Shown here: piece after piece, positions 38,795 through 51,353 of the stretch
Position numbering within the stretch: position 1 is the stretch's first letter
How the letters are laid out: every line of letters starts with the position of its first letter
Program-made: the position numbers and the translations under genes
The notes under the pieces: generated by a model
Seen by the model: the letters and a program-made list of their open reading frames with translations, nothing else
What the model was told of the DNA's origin: nothing
The model's database searches: none
Assembly: GCA_963842525.1 (NCBI GenBank)
Contig: CAWJGT010000001.1
Location: 448,001 to 512,000 of the forward strand
Length of the DNA: 64,000 bases
DNA from: an uncultured Holophagales bacterium
GTDB taxonomy: Bacteria; Acidobacteriota; Thermoanaerobaculia; Multivoradales; UBA5704
Reading direction: 5' to 3'

Positions 38795-39235
38795 TCAAGG
38801 GCTCGCGGGCGCGGCGGCGACGCGGAAGCCGACAAGGTCGCTCCGGTCCCAGGCGTGGCTCCCGAAGCGGAAAGCGGCCCGCAGATTCCCCGCGGGGAGG
38901 ACCCAGCCGCCGCCCCGAAGCGGCCGTATCGCGTCATCTGCTTTTGTCAGTCCAAGGTCATCCTTGCACCACTCCCAGACGTTGCCTGCCAGATCGCAGT
39001 GACCGGACCAGCCATTTCCTGCCGGATAGATTCCCACCGGCGTCGGGCGGCCTACAGTACCGTCGAAATTCGCATGCTCAGGATCGGGTTCTTCCGCGCC
39101 CCAGGGGTACTCGCCCACCACCGGAGCCGCCGCCTTCTCCCATTCGGCCTCGGTGGGGAGGCGCAGCGGCATTCCTTTCTGCTCGCTCAGCCAGCGGCAA
39201 TAGGCGTCCGCCTCATACCAGGAGACCTCGGTCAC
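38795..39235 (-). pseudogene. 5'-truncated FGE-sulfatase/C-type-lectin DGR target gene
   Basis: Begins mid-domain (VTEVSWYEADAYC), LPTEAEWE, GNVWEW, GFRVAAAPAS; joined upstream to a broken hairpin. Confidence 0.85.
38801..38920 (-). other. DGR variable region + IMH, copy 2
   Basis: LRGGGWVLPAGNLRAAFRFGSHAWDRSDLVGFRVAAAPAS; 28 of 40 codons identical to copy 1. Confidence 0.85.
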
Positions 39236-39237
39236 CG

Positions 39238-39312
39238 CGCCCCTGGACCCCAGACGAAAGCCAAAAAAATCAAAGAATCAAGGGCTCGCGGGCGCGGCGG
39301 CGACGCGGAAGC
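39238..39312 (-). repeat. Third IMH/stop/partial-hairpin remnant
   Basis: gcttccgcgtcgccgccgcgcccgcgagcccttgattctttg...ggggtccagggcg; the VR proper is missing. Confidence 0.8.
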
Positions 39313-39742
39313 GGCAAGAAAACCGTCTTCGACCTTGAGGATGGGGCGGTCGCCGTCGATCCCGTCGACCATGGCGAGGGCGAGGCGGGCGAAGGCGTTC
39401 CAGGCAAAGCGGTCGGTGAAGCCTTCCTTCTCCCGCAGCGCGGTCCGCGAGGCGATCAGCCATTTGATGACTGCCCTGTAGACGCGCGACCGCCCTTCCG
39501 GCAGGTGGCCCTCGTTCCAATGCACCACGCAGAGGCAGGTGAGCATCACCGGGTTGGTGGCGAGCCGGCGGACCCGCGGCAGGTCGCAGATCGCGGAGAC
39601 CAGGTCCGCCCGGTAGCGTTCGGCCTCGCCGCGCAGGGCTTGCGGGTCTTCCGCCGCATGGAGGCCCGCAACCCAGTGATCGAGGAAGGTACGGATCTCA
39701 GCTTCCCCGAAAGGATCGATGACGGCGGTGTGAAACCCCATC
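39313..39742 (-). pseudogene. NACHT helical-domain fragment
   Basis: IDPFGEAEIRTFLDHW, LATNPVMLTCLC, LPEGRSRVY, LALAM. Confidence 0.8.
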
Positions 39743-39856
39743 CGCGTCCTGCCAGTGGGAAGCAGCCATGAACTCTTCGTGGCCGACTGTGACGTAGCTC
39801 TCGATTTTCGCAACGGCATCGAGAATATGCCGCAGGTAAGGCTCGTCTCGGCTCAC
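39743..39856 (-). pseudogene. Truncated HepT/DUF86 toxin
   Basis: GTG overlaps the MNT stop; reads MSRDEPYLRHILDAVAKIESYVTVGHEEFMAASHWQDA, then joins the NACHT fragment. Confidence 0.8.
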
Positions 39857-40140
39857 AGCGGGACGGCTTCAGAGAGAACTTGCTGCCGCAGGTAGGGGGA
39901 CAGGGATTGCTCCGTGACGACGTCCACCGGACGATGAACGAGATCCTCCAGATCCTGCTTCAGTCCAATCAGGTCAAGGAGCGAGCGTTCGTGCCCAAGA
40001 GTCACGAGCAGATCGAGGTCGCTGCCCTCGCGGCCTTCGCCCCTGGCCAGGGAGCCGAACACGCGCACATTGCTGGCCCCATGGCGCTTTGCCAGATCAA
40101 GGATTTTCGCGCGGTAGTCCCGGAGAAGAAAGGCACTCAT
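39853..40140 (-). CDS. MNT (MntA-like) nucleotidyltransferase antitoxin
   Basis: VRVFGSLARGE...SDLDLLV, LEDL....VDVVT. Confidence 0.93.
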   Translation of the reverse strand: MSAFLLRDYRAKILDLAKRHGASNVRVFGSLARGEGREGSDLDLLVTLGHERSLLDLIGLKQDLEDLVHRPVDVVTEQSLSPYLRQQVLSEAVPL

Positions 40141-40235
40141 GAGGAGATCAGTCTAACACCCGGCTGCGCATCGACCCGCTACGCTTGGCGACACAGCCAC
40201 GCCCAGGTCCCCCTCGGCCGGCGGGGGGTGAGGGC

Positions 40236-41762
40236 TCACTCCCTTTCCGGCCGGATCCGCACGAGCTGCGCGTTCGAGTCGACGCCGTCCTTGGTGACGA
40301 CCCAGACGAGGGCGCAGCCGTCGTGGAGGCCGCTGGTGGGGAGGGTGGCGGTGATCTGCTGGGGCGATTCCTGCCAGCGGGGGTCGCCCTTGGCGCGCAG
40401 CTCGACGAGGACGTTCGGGTCGTCGCGGTTCCGGTCGTGGGCCTGTAGGACCAGGACCCTGTTGCCGCGGCGGCCGAACCCCTCGCCGGAGACCGTGACC
40501 GGACCACCCGGATGAAGGAAGAGGCTCCCGGCCTCGGGGGTGTCGACGACTCCCTGGGGCCCGATCGAGGGGCAGCCGGGGGGCAGGGTCGCCGGCTGGC
40601 CGCGGAGGAGAGACTGCAGGACCGATCCCGAGAGCGTCATCTCGGCGGTGCGGCCACGGAAGAGGCCGTAGAGGAGCCAGTCGATCTGGCCTTCAGGGTC
40701 TCCCTCGTCCCGGAGATCCCCCACGCACGGCGTGCGCCGCCCACCGCGCCAGCCGTTGTCCAGCGCCTGCCAATGGATGACATAGGAGACCTGGAAGGCG
40801 CCGGGGTCCTCCAGGGCGAGGACCAGCTCCCGCACGTAGCGCGCCGCCAGGCACTCGCTGTAGATGGAGCGGGCGAAGCCGAGCTCCCCGAGGATGAAGT
40901 TCTCCTCCCCGACGTCCCGCCGGCGGCGGCGGACCTGCTGCAGAGCAAAACCGAGGTCGTTCTTCAGTGTCTTCGCCAGGCTCGCCTCCGGCCGCTCGCG
41001 TTTCACGTTGAGGCTCTGCCAGGCGGAATAGGAGTAGTAGTCCACGCTGACCCGCGGCGCCACGGTGTCAATGATGCAGAGCACCTCGCCGTCGCCGCAA
41101 CGCACGCCGTCGCGCTCGACGAGGTTGAACTCCAGCCCGGAGTAGAGCTGGGCCGAGCTGCCGGGCCGGCGGGCGCGGGCTTCCCGGACCCCCTGGGCCC
41201 GCGCTTCGGTGCGGCTGATGAATTCGTCCCATTCCGGCGAGCCCGGAGGCTCCGGCCCCACCGCGTTGTCGCCTTCCCAGTTGAGGAGGATGAAGGTCTT
41301 GCCCGCATAGGCCGGCTCGCCGAGGAGGTGCTCACCCAGCCGGGCGATCTGGCGCCGCACCGCCGCGAAGCCGTTCGGCTCATTGCTCGAGATGGACACG
41401 GTGATCAGGTAAGTGCGGAAACGCGGGTCGCCGAAGAGGGCGTCGTAGGCCGGGCTGGCGGCGATCCGTTGCAGGTACCGGTCGCCGGACGCGTTGATCG
41501 GCGGGTTCACCTGGTAGGAATCCGCCGGGCCCATGTAGATGCGGATGGTCCGGCTGCCGATCGCGGCCACCTTGTCGGCGCCCCAGGCGAGGCGGTTCGG
41601 CACGCCGGGCCAGGCGGAGATGTCGGCGCTCCAGTGATAGACGCCGAAGCGGTCGGCCCGCGCCGTGGGCGGGTCCGGCACGGCTCGGGCCGCAGCGGCG
41701 CCCAGGGCCAGGAGGGGGAGGGTGAGGAGCACGGGGAGGATCGAGGGCGAGCGGACAGGCAT
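40236..41762 (-). CDS. Secreted protein, possible clan GH-A-like barrel + Ig-like domain (paralog 1)
   Basis: Signal peptide; ILLNWEGDN, DYYSYSAW, ILGELG; highly similar to the 41808-43379 protein. Confidence 0.75.
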   Translation of the reverse strand: MPVRSPSILPVLLTLPLLALGAAAARAVPDPPTARADRFGVYHWSADISAWPGVPNRLAWGADKVAAIGSRTIRIYMGPADSYQVNPPINASGDRYLQRIAASPAYDALFGDPRFRTYLITVSISSNEPNGFAAVRRQIARLGEHLLGEPAYAGKTFILLNWEGDNAVGPEPPGSPEWDEFISRTEARAQGVREARARRPGSSAQLYSGLEFNLVERDGVRCGDGEVLCIIDTVAPRVSVDYYSYSAWQSLNVKRERPEASLAKTLKNDLGFALQQVRRRRRDVGEENFILGELGFARSIYSECLAARYVRELVLALEDPGAFQVSYVIHWQALDNGWRGGRRTPCVGDLRDEGDPEGQIDWLLYGLFRGRTAEMTLSGSVLQSLLRGQPATLPPGCPSIGPQGVVDTPEAGSLFLHPGGPVTVSGEGFGRRGNRVLVLQAHDRNRDDPNVLVELRAKGDPRWQESPQQITATLPTSGLHDGCALVWVVTKDGVDSNAQLVRIRPERE

Positions 41763-41807
41763 GATGATCTCCTCGCCGACAGAGACGACGAGAATAGGAT
41801 ATCCGGT

Positions 41808-43379
41808 TCAGTGCCCGGGCGGTGCCGGGCGAATACGGACGAGGAGGGCGTTGGACTCGATCTTGTCGTCGCGAGAGACCCAGACCAGGGCACAGCCGTC
41901 GCGGGGGTCGTTCGCGGGAAGGGTGGCTTTGATCTGCTGCGGCGACTCGAACCACAAGGGATCCGACGCTGACTTCTCGAGGTCGTGGATCACGTTGGCA
42001 ATGGGCGGCCGGATGCTCCGGCGATCGTGACCTCGGAGGATCAGCACGTGATTGCCTTGGGGTCCGAAGTTGTCACCGGAGAGGGTGAGGGGACCGCCCG
42101 CTTGGAAGAGCGGCTCACCTTCCGGGGCAACGATCCTCGGGCATTTCTGCGGCACGGTTGCCGGCTGGCCGCGGAGCAGGTCGCGCAGGACCTTGCCCAA
42201 GACGGTCATCCCGGCGTCGCGCCCGCGGAAAAGGCCGTAGAACAGCCAATCGACGGAGCCTTCCCCCGCACAGGGCGTGCGCTTCCCGGTGCGCCAGCGG
42301 TTGTCCAGCAACTGCCAGAAGATGGCGTAGGAGAGGCGGAACGCGCCGGGAGCGTCGAGGGCCTCCGCGACCTCGCGGAGGTAGTCCGCCGCCAGGCACT
42401 CGCCGAACTGCGAGCGGGCGAAACCGAATTCGCCGAGGAGGAAGCTCTTTTCCTCCACGTCGGGCCGCCGGCTCCGCACCTTGGCCAGCGCGAAGCGGAG
42501 ATCGCTGTCGAATTTCTCCTTCAAGCTGCCTGGCGGCTCGTCGAGCTTCACGTTGAGGGTCTGCCAGGAAGAGTAGGAATAATAGTCGACCGTGACCCGT
42601 GGCGCGACGGAATCGATCACGCAGCGTACCTGCCCGTCGCCGCAGCGCACGCCGTCGCGCTCGACGAGGTTGAACTCAAGCCCTGAGTAGAGCTGAGCAG
42701 AGCTGTTGGGACGGCGGGAGCGGGCGAGCCGGACGCCGTCGGCCCGCGACTGGATCCAACGAGTGAAGCCCTCCGTCGCTGTCGCTGGCGGGGCTGGGGT
42801 TGGGCCGGGGGCTGGGCGCAGGGCGTTGTCCCCTTCCCAGTTCAGGAGGATGAAGGTCTTGCCCGCGTAGGCCGCCCGTGTGAGCAGGTATTCGCCGAGC
42901 CGCAGGATCTGGGTCTTCGAATCCCGGTACTCGGTCGAGCTGAAACCGTCCTGCCAGCCGCCTCCTTGCTCGACCGGGGCGTAGGTGTAGACGGTGAGCA
43001 GGTAGGTACGGAAGCGGGGATCCCGGAAGAGGGCGTCGTATTCCGGGCTGGCGGCGATCCGCCGCAGGTACAGGTCGTCTTTCGGGTTCGTTTTCGGGTT
43101 CGCTCCGTAGGAGTCGGACGGTCCCAGGTAGACGCGGATCGTCCGGCTGCCGATCTCTGCCACCTTGTCGGCGCCCCAGCGCAGGAGCTTCGGCTGGCAC
43201 GAGGGCGGGGCGCCCAGCGGGCACGGCGCGGCAGTGTCGTCGGCGGCCCAGTGATAGATCCCGAAGCGGTCCGTCCGCAGCGCCGGCGGAGCGGGGACGG
43301 CCTGAGCCGGAACGGCGATCAAGCCGCTCAGAAGCACCGCCGGCAGGGCCGGCAGGATCGCCGAGGACCAGCGAGACAT
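41808..43379 (-). CDS. Secreted protein, possible clan GH-A-like barrel + Ig-like domain (paralog 2)
   Basis: Signal peptide; ILLNWEGDN, DYYSYSSW, LLGEFG. Confidence 0.75.
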   Translation of the reverse strand: MSRWSSAILPALPAVLLSGLIAVPAQAVPAPPALRTDRFGIYHWAADDTAAPCPLGAPPSCQPKLLRWGADKVAEIGSRTIRVYLGPSDSYGANPKTNPKDDLYLRRIAASPEYDALFRDPRFRTYLLTVYTYAPVEQGGGWQDGFSSTEYRDSKTQILRLGEYLLTRAAYAGKTFILLNWEGDNALRPAPGPTPAPPATATEGFTRWIQSRADGVRLARSRRPNSSAQLYSGLEFNLVERDGVRCGDGQVRCVIDSVAPRVTVDYYSYSSWQTLNVKLDEPPGSLKEKFDSDLRFALAKVRSRRPDVEEKSFLLGEFGFARSQFGECLAADYLREVAEALDAPGAFRLSYAIFWQLLDNRWRTGKRTPCAGEGSVDWLFYGLFRGRDAGMTVLGKVLRDLLRGQPATVPQKCPRIVAPEGEPLFQAGGPLTLSGDNFGPQGNHVLILRGHDRRSIRPPIANVIHDLEKSASDPLWFESPQQIKATLPANDPRDGCALVWVSRDDKIESNALLVRIRPAPPGH

Positions 43380-43419
43380 GGTTGTCTCTATTGTAAAGCA
43401 AAAACGGCTGCGGAGCTCC

Positions 43420-43803
43420 TCAGTTCACCGCGTTCGGCACCGCCAGCCCGAACGGCGCGATGGCGGCGTCGAAGCTGTCGCCGTCGGGGGTGACCATGCG
43501 GTAGGAGCCGTGCATGGTGCCGACGGCGGTGGGAAGCGGACAGAAGCTCATGTATTCGTAGGCATCGCCGGGGGAGAGGACCGGCTGGTCTCCCACCACG
43601 CCCGGCCCCTGCACGCGCTGCTCCTCGCCGTTGCCGTCCGTGATGATCCACTCGCGGCTGACGAGCTGGGCCGTCTCCGTGCCCTGGTTCGTGATGCGGA
43701 CCTGGTAGGCGAAGAAGAAGTAGCTCTCCTCGGGGGCGCTGCGCTCCGGATCGTAGAAGCTCTGGACCTGCACCCGGATCCCCCGGGTCGTGATGTCGCT
43801 CAT
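43420..43803 (-). CDS. apaG: ApaG protein
   Basis: FAYQVRITN, QLVSREWIITD, GPGVVGDQP, GTMHGSY. Confidence 0.95.
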   Translation of the reverse strand: MSDITTRGIRVQVQSFYDPERSAPEESYFFFAYQVRITNQGTETAQLVSREWIITDGNGEEQRVQGPGVVGDQPVLSPGDAYEYMSFCPLPTAVGTMHGSYRMVTPDGDSFDAAIAPFGLAVPNAVN

Positions 43804-43886
43804 GGCCGCTTCATTATGCCACCGGCGCTCGGCCCGGAGTTGCGCGGCGCTGGGATAGAATCCGGCGCGACGAGAGGAGGCCCGCA

Positions 43887-44657
43887 ATGGAGTGGCTGAG
43901 CAACCCGGAGAGCTGGATCGCACTGCTGACGCTGACGGTGCTCGAGATCGTGCTGGGCATCGACAATGTGATCTTCATCTCGATTCTGGCCGGCAAGCTT
44001 CCCAAGGACGAGCAGGGGAAGGCCCGGAAGGTCGGTTTGGCCCTTGCCATGTTCATCCGCCTCGCGCTGCTCGCCTCGATCGCCTGGATCGCCCGGCTGA
44101 CCTCGCCGCTGTTCACGGCGCTCGGCCAGGAGATCTCCGGCCGCGACCTCATCCTCCTGGTCGGCGGCCTCTTCCTGCTCGCCAAGGCGACGCACGAGAT
44201 CCATGAAAAGCTGGAGGGAGAGGACGGCACGGCCACCGCCAAGGTGCGCGCCTCGTTCACCGGCGTGATCATCCAGATCCTGCTGCTGGACATCGTGTTC
44301 TCGCTCGACTCTGTGATCACCGCCGTTGGCATGGCGAACGAGCTGCCGGTCATGATGACCGCCGTGGTCATCTCGGTCCTCGTGATGCTCGTCGCCGCCG
44401 GTTCGATCAGCGACTTCGTCTCCCGCCATCCCACGGTCAAGATGCTGGCCCTGAGCTTCCTGCTGCTGATCGGCATGTCGCTGGTCGCCGAGGGGCTCGG
44501 CCAGCACATCTCCAAGGGCTACATCTACTTCGCAATGGGCTTCTCGGTCTTCGTCGAGATGCTCAACCTGCGGCTGCAGAAGAAGAGCAAGCCGGTCCAC
44601 CTGCACGAGCCGTACGGCCCGGCGGAGGAGCCGCCGGGCGCCGCTCCGACCGCCTGA
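43887..44657 (+). CDS. TerC family membrane protein
   Basis: LEIVLGIDNVIFI, DIVFSLDSVITAVG, KGYIYFAM. Confidence 0.95.
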   Translation: MEWLSNPESWIALLTLTVLEIVLGIDNVIFISILAGKLPKDEQGKARKVGLALAMFIRLALLASIAWIARLTSPLFTALGQEISGRDLILLVGGLFLLAKATHEIHEKLEGEDGTATAKVRASFTGVIIQILLLDIVFSLDSVITAVGMANELPVMMTAVVISVLVMLVAAGSISDFVSRHPTVKMLALSFLLLIGMSLVAEGLGQHISKGYIYFAMGFSVFVEMLNLRLQKKSKPVHLHEPYGPAEEPPGAAPTA

Positions 44658-44663
44658 TCTTTT

Positions 44664-44720
44664 CCCCCTCTCCCGGGGTGGGGGGGAGGGGTGGCGGGAG
44701 AGGGGGTCAGGGGGTGAGGG
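44664..44720. repeat. Half palindromic element
   Basis: ccccctctcccggg...cgggagagggggtcagggggtgaggg between convergent genes. Confidence 0.8.
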
Positions 44721-44722
44721 GC

Positions 44723-46402
<1,680 letters not shown>

Positions 46403-46517
46403 GGTTGTGTTCCTTCCAGAGGGCGATACCTGAGCAGGCACCTGCCGCCAAGGGAAGCAACGCCCATTGCCGCAGACGCGGGCCCAAACAAAAAAGGCTT
46501 CTGTAACGTAGGAGACG

Positions 46518-46547
46518 TTGACGGAGCCTGACCCTGAGGGCTACACT
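46518..46547 (+). promoter_or_regulatory. Sigma-70-type promoter
   Basis: TTGACG-18 nt-TACACT. Confidence 0.55.
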
Positions 46548-46651
46548 ATCACTCCAACGTTTCCTGAAAGGGGTATAGGTCCCCGTTGCGCCCTCGGAGG
46601 GTGCAGCCGTTGGCTCTCGCTGTCGATACGAGTCAGAAGGACGGGGTTGTC

Positions 46652-46822
46652 ATGATCACATTCGTAAGCATCCTTTTGGTCGGAGCGGTCTCGGGCTGGG
46701 CGCTCGAGCAGAGCTTTGGACGCAACCTGCTCCGCTGGACCCGCCAGAAGAGGATGCAGATGCGTGTCCTGCGCCGGCAAGGGGGCAATCCCTTGCGCGT
46801 CTGGCTGCAGGAAGAGGATTAG
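46652..46822 (+). CDS. Small hydrophobic/basic protein (56 aa)
   Basis: MITFVSILLVGAVSGWALEQSFGRNLLRWTRQKRMQMRVLRR...; AAGGA upstream; promoter ~100 nt upstream. Confidence 0.5.
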   Translation: MITFVSILLVGAVSGWALEQSFGRNLLRWTRQKRMQMRVLRRQGGNPLRVWLQEED

Positions 46823-46875
46823 CCCCCCTGATTCCCTCTCTCCCGATCCGGGGGAGAGGGCTAGGGAGAGGGGGG
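46823..46875. repeat. Short palindromic element variant
   Basis: ccctctctcccgatccgggggagagggctagggagagggg. Confidence 0.7.
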
Positions 46876-46881
46876 ATGGGA

Positions 46882-47970
46882 TCAACCCGTGGTCACCGAG
46901 ACGCGGTGCCAGGCGTTGTTCATATAGCCTTTGAAGTTCCAGACATGGGCTGGGCTCTCGGGCTGCGTCTGGGCCGCCGTATCCCAGGCCCGGCAGACGA
47001 GCTCGTGGCGGCCCGGCGCGAGCTCGACCCGGGCCGCCCACAGCCGCCAGGCCCAGGGCGAGCGCGCCGACGACAGATCCGCCACGGTCCAGCTCGTTCC
47101 GCCGTCCACCGAGAGATCCACCCTTTCGACGCGCCGCTCTCCCGCGAAGGCCCAGCCGCGGACGGTCACCGGCCCCGCCGGCAGGGCCTCGCCCTCGGCC
47201 GGCGAGCAGATCACCGACGACACGTTCATCGGCCCGAGCATCAACCCCTTGTCCCAGTCGACCGTCTCCGGCCCCACGCCCGGGGGGAAGAGCCGGTAGG
47301 CCCTGGCCTGGAAGTAGCTCGCGGACGGCTCCTCCTGGACCGTGACGTGGCTCAGCCACTTGACGCTGCGGGCGCCGATCCAGCCCGGCACCACGACCCG
47401 CAGGGGGCCTCCGTGCACTGGTGGGAGGGGTTGCCCGTTCATCTCGTAGGCGAGCAGCACCTCGGGCCGCAGGGCCTTGTCGAGCGGGATCGAGCCGCCG
47501 AAGCAGAAGCGGTGGCCGTGGCGCTCGGTCTCGTCCAGGCCGGTGAAGGCGACGTGGTGCGCCGCGGCGTCCGGCTCGGCTGCGGTGAGCACCTCGCGCA
47601 GCGGCACGCCGCCCCATTCGGCCGTGCTGATCGCCTCGGTCCCCCAGCCCAGCTCGTTCGGAATGGGGGCGACGGCCATCATCTCCTCGCGGCGGTTGCC
47701 GGCGCACTGGAGAGTTGCGGCCACGGTGACCCGGGACAGGCGTTGCAGCTCTTCGAGCGAGATGCGGAACGGCCGCCGCACCCGGCCTTCGACGGTCAGC
47801 CGCCATGCCCGGGGATCGACGTCCGGCACCGCGCCGTGGTTGCGCACGAAGAACAGATCGCGGGGCGTCAGGTCGCTGCCGTGGAGACGGCTGGGAGGGG
47901 GGCCGGCATTGAAGGGATCCTCTTGCCGGACGAGAAAATCCGGCACCTTGTCGAACCTGGTCCGGATCAT
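46882..47970 (-). CDS. Sulfite oxidase family molybdoenzyme (no signal peptide seen)
   Basis: FFVRNHG, LQCAGNRR, LAYEMNG.PL...HG.PLR.VVPG.IGARSVKWL, WNFKGYMNN. Confidence 0.93.
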   Translation of the reverse strand: MIRTRFDKVPDFLVRQEDPFNAGPPPSRLHGSDLTPRDLFFVRNHGAVPDVDPRAWRLTVEGRVRRPFRISLEELQRLSRVTVAATLQCAGNRREEMMAVAPIPNELGWGTEAISTAEWGGVPLREVLTAAEPDAAAHHVAFTGLDETERHGHRFCFGGSIPLDKALRPEVLLAYEMNGQPLPPVHGGPLRVVVPGWIGARSVKWLSHVTVQEEPSASYFQARAYRLFPPGVGPETVDWDKGLMLGPMNVSSVICSPAEGEALPAGPVTVRGWAFAGERRVERVDLSVDGGTSWTVADLSSARSPWAWRLWAARVELAPGRHELVCRAWDTAAQTQPESPAHVWNFKGYMNNAWHRVSVTTG

Positions 47971-48566
47971 TCCGTGTATTCCAGGGCCTTGGTGGCCTGG
48001 CGATACAGGCCGTCGCGCCCCTCGCGACCCGAGCGGTCATCGCCGACGGGCTCGAAGACCGAGCAGTGGTCCATGTCCCCGCCGTAGACGTGGAGGGTGA
48101 GGGAGGTCTTGTCCGGCCGCGAGTTCGCCAGGATGTGGTGCTCGAAGGGCGGGATCAGCGCTCCCGCCGAGCCCGCCCGGGCGTGCACGCTGTCGCGCTC
48201 GACGAAGCGGAAGAGGCCGTCCCCCAGGTCCTCGACCAGCTCGAAGCGGCAGACCTCCATCTCCCCTTCGATCACCCCTTCGACGCACCAGATGCCGGCG
48301 TGGTCGTGGAGCATGGTGCGCTGGCCCGGTCCCCAGGTCATGACCACGGCGGTGAAGCCGAGGTCCGGGTCGCTGTAGAGGAGACGGCGGGAGTAGCAGT
48401 CCGGCCGCGGCGTCCGGAACTTTTCCGGCAGCCGGAGCCCTTCTTCGGGGATGAAGGACTCCAGGTCGCTCTTGATCCGCTCGGCGATGGCGGTCACGTC
48501 GCCCAGCCGCACCGCGTCGCGCAGCCTGTCGATCAGGGGATCGACCACCGTGTGCGTCGTCAGCAT
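47967..48566 (-). CDS. Cysteine/thiol dioxygenase family cupin
   Basis: YSRRLL, MTWGPGQ.T.LHDH, H.L.N, LHVYG. Confidence 0.88.
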   Translation of the reverse strand: MLTTHTVVDPLIDRLRDAVRLGDVTAIAERIKSDLESFIPEEGLRLPEKFRTPRPDCYSRRLLYSDPDLGFTAVVMTWGPGQRTMLHDHAGIWCVEGVIEGEMEVCRFELVEDLGDGLFRFVERDSVHARAGSAGALIPPFEHHILANSRPDKTSLTLHVYGGDMDHCSVFEPVGDDRSGREGRDGLYRQATKALEYTE

Positions 48567-48578
48567 CGAAGACCCTCC

Positions 48579-50498
<1,920 letters not shown>

Positions 50499-50601
50499 CG
50501 CGGGTGGTGGTGCCTCCAGGCTTGTCGGGGTTTTTGTTGTCTGCGGATCGAACGGCGGCACAAAGCCGCAGGGCACTTTAACACGAACCCCCCTGCTGAC
50601 T

Positions 50602-51339
50602 TCACGGCACCACCCGCGCGCCCCGGCGGGTGGTGAACAGGAACAGGTGCTGGGTGGGGAGGTCCTCGATCGTCTTTTCCAGCGTGAAGCCGGCCGGGGT
50701 CCATTCGGCGAGCACCTGCTCGACCGACATCCGGTGCTCCGCGGAGATGTGCGCCGCACTGTCCCCTTCGGCCCGGTATTCCACCAAAGCCACCCGGCCG
50801 TTGGGCTTCAGGCTCTGGCGGATCTTCGCGAGCATGGGCTGCGGGTCCTGGAATTCGTGATAGACGTCGACCAGGAGGACCCAATCCATCTCCCGCTGCG
50901 GCAGGTTCGGATCGGTCTCGGTGCCGAGCACGGGGACGATGTTGGTGATCCCCTCCCCGGCGGCGCTTTCTTTCAGCCGCTCCAGCATCTCGGGCTGGAT
51001 GTCCTCGGCGTAGACCTTGCCGGTGGGCGCCACCGCCCGGGCCAGCCGGCGGCTGTAGAAGCCGGTACCTGCTCCGATGTCGGCCACGACCTGGCCGTCC
51101 CGCAGGTTCATGGCCTGGATCACGATTTCCGGCTTTTCGAGCTCCGCCCGCCCTTCCCGTTCGAGCCAGTCCGCCCCGCCGCGCCAGGACAGGACATTGG
51201 CCGGCTTGCGCGGCTGCACGTCGGGAAGCGCCGGCTTCTGCCGGGCCGCGGGCGGAGCCGGCGAGCAGGCGAGGCTCAGGAAGAGGGCCAGGACGAGGGA
51301 CAGAACGAGCAGCGGCTTCGCGGTCTTCGGCATCCTCAT
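50602..51339 (-). CDS. Class I SAM-dependent methyltransferase (lipoprotein-like signal)
   Basis: VADIGAGTGF, VYAEDIQ, VDVYHE; LSLAC lipobox-like motif. Confidence 0.9.
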   Translation of the reverse strand: MRMPKTAKPLLVLSLVLALFLSLACSPAPPAARQKPALPDVQPRKPANVLSWRGGADWLEREGRAELEKPEIVIQAMNLRDGQVVADIGAGTGFYSRRLARAVAPTGKVYAEDIQPEMLERLKESAAGEGITNIVPVLGTETDPNLPQREMDWVLLVDVYHEFQDPQPMLAKIRQSLKPNGRVALVEYRAEGDSAAHISAEHRMSVEQVLAEWTPAGFTLEKTIEDLPTQHLFLFTTRRGARVVP

Positions 51340-51353
51340 CGGTGCGCCTCTCC

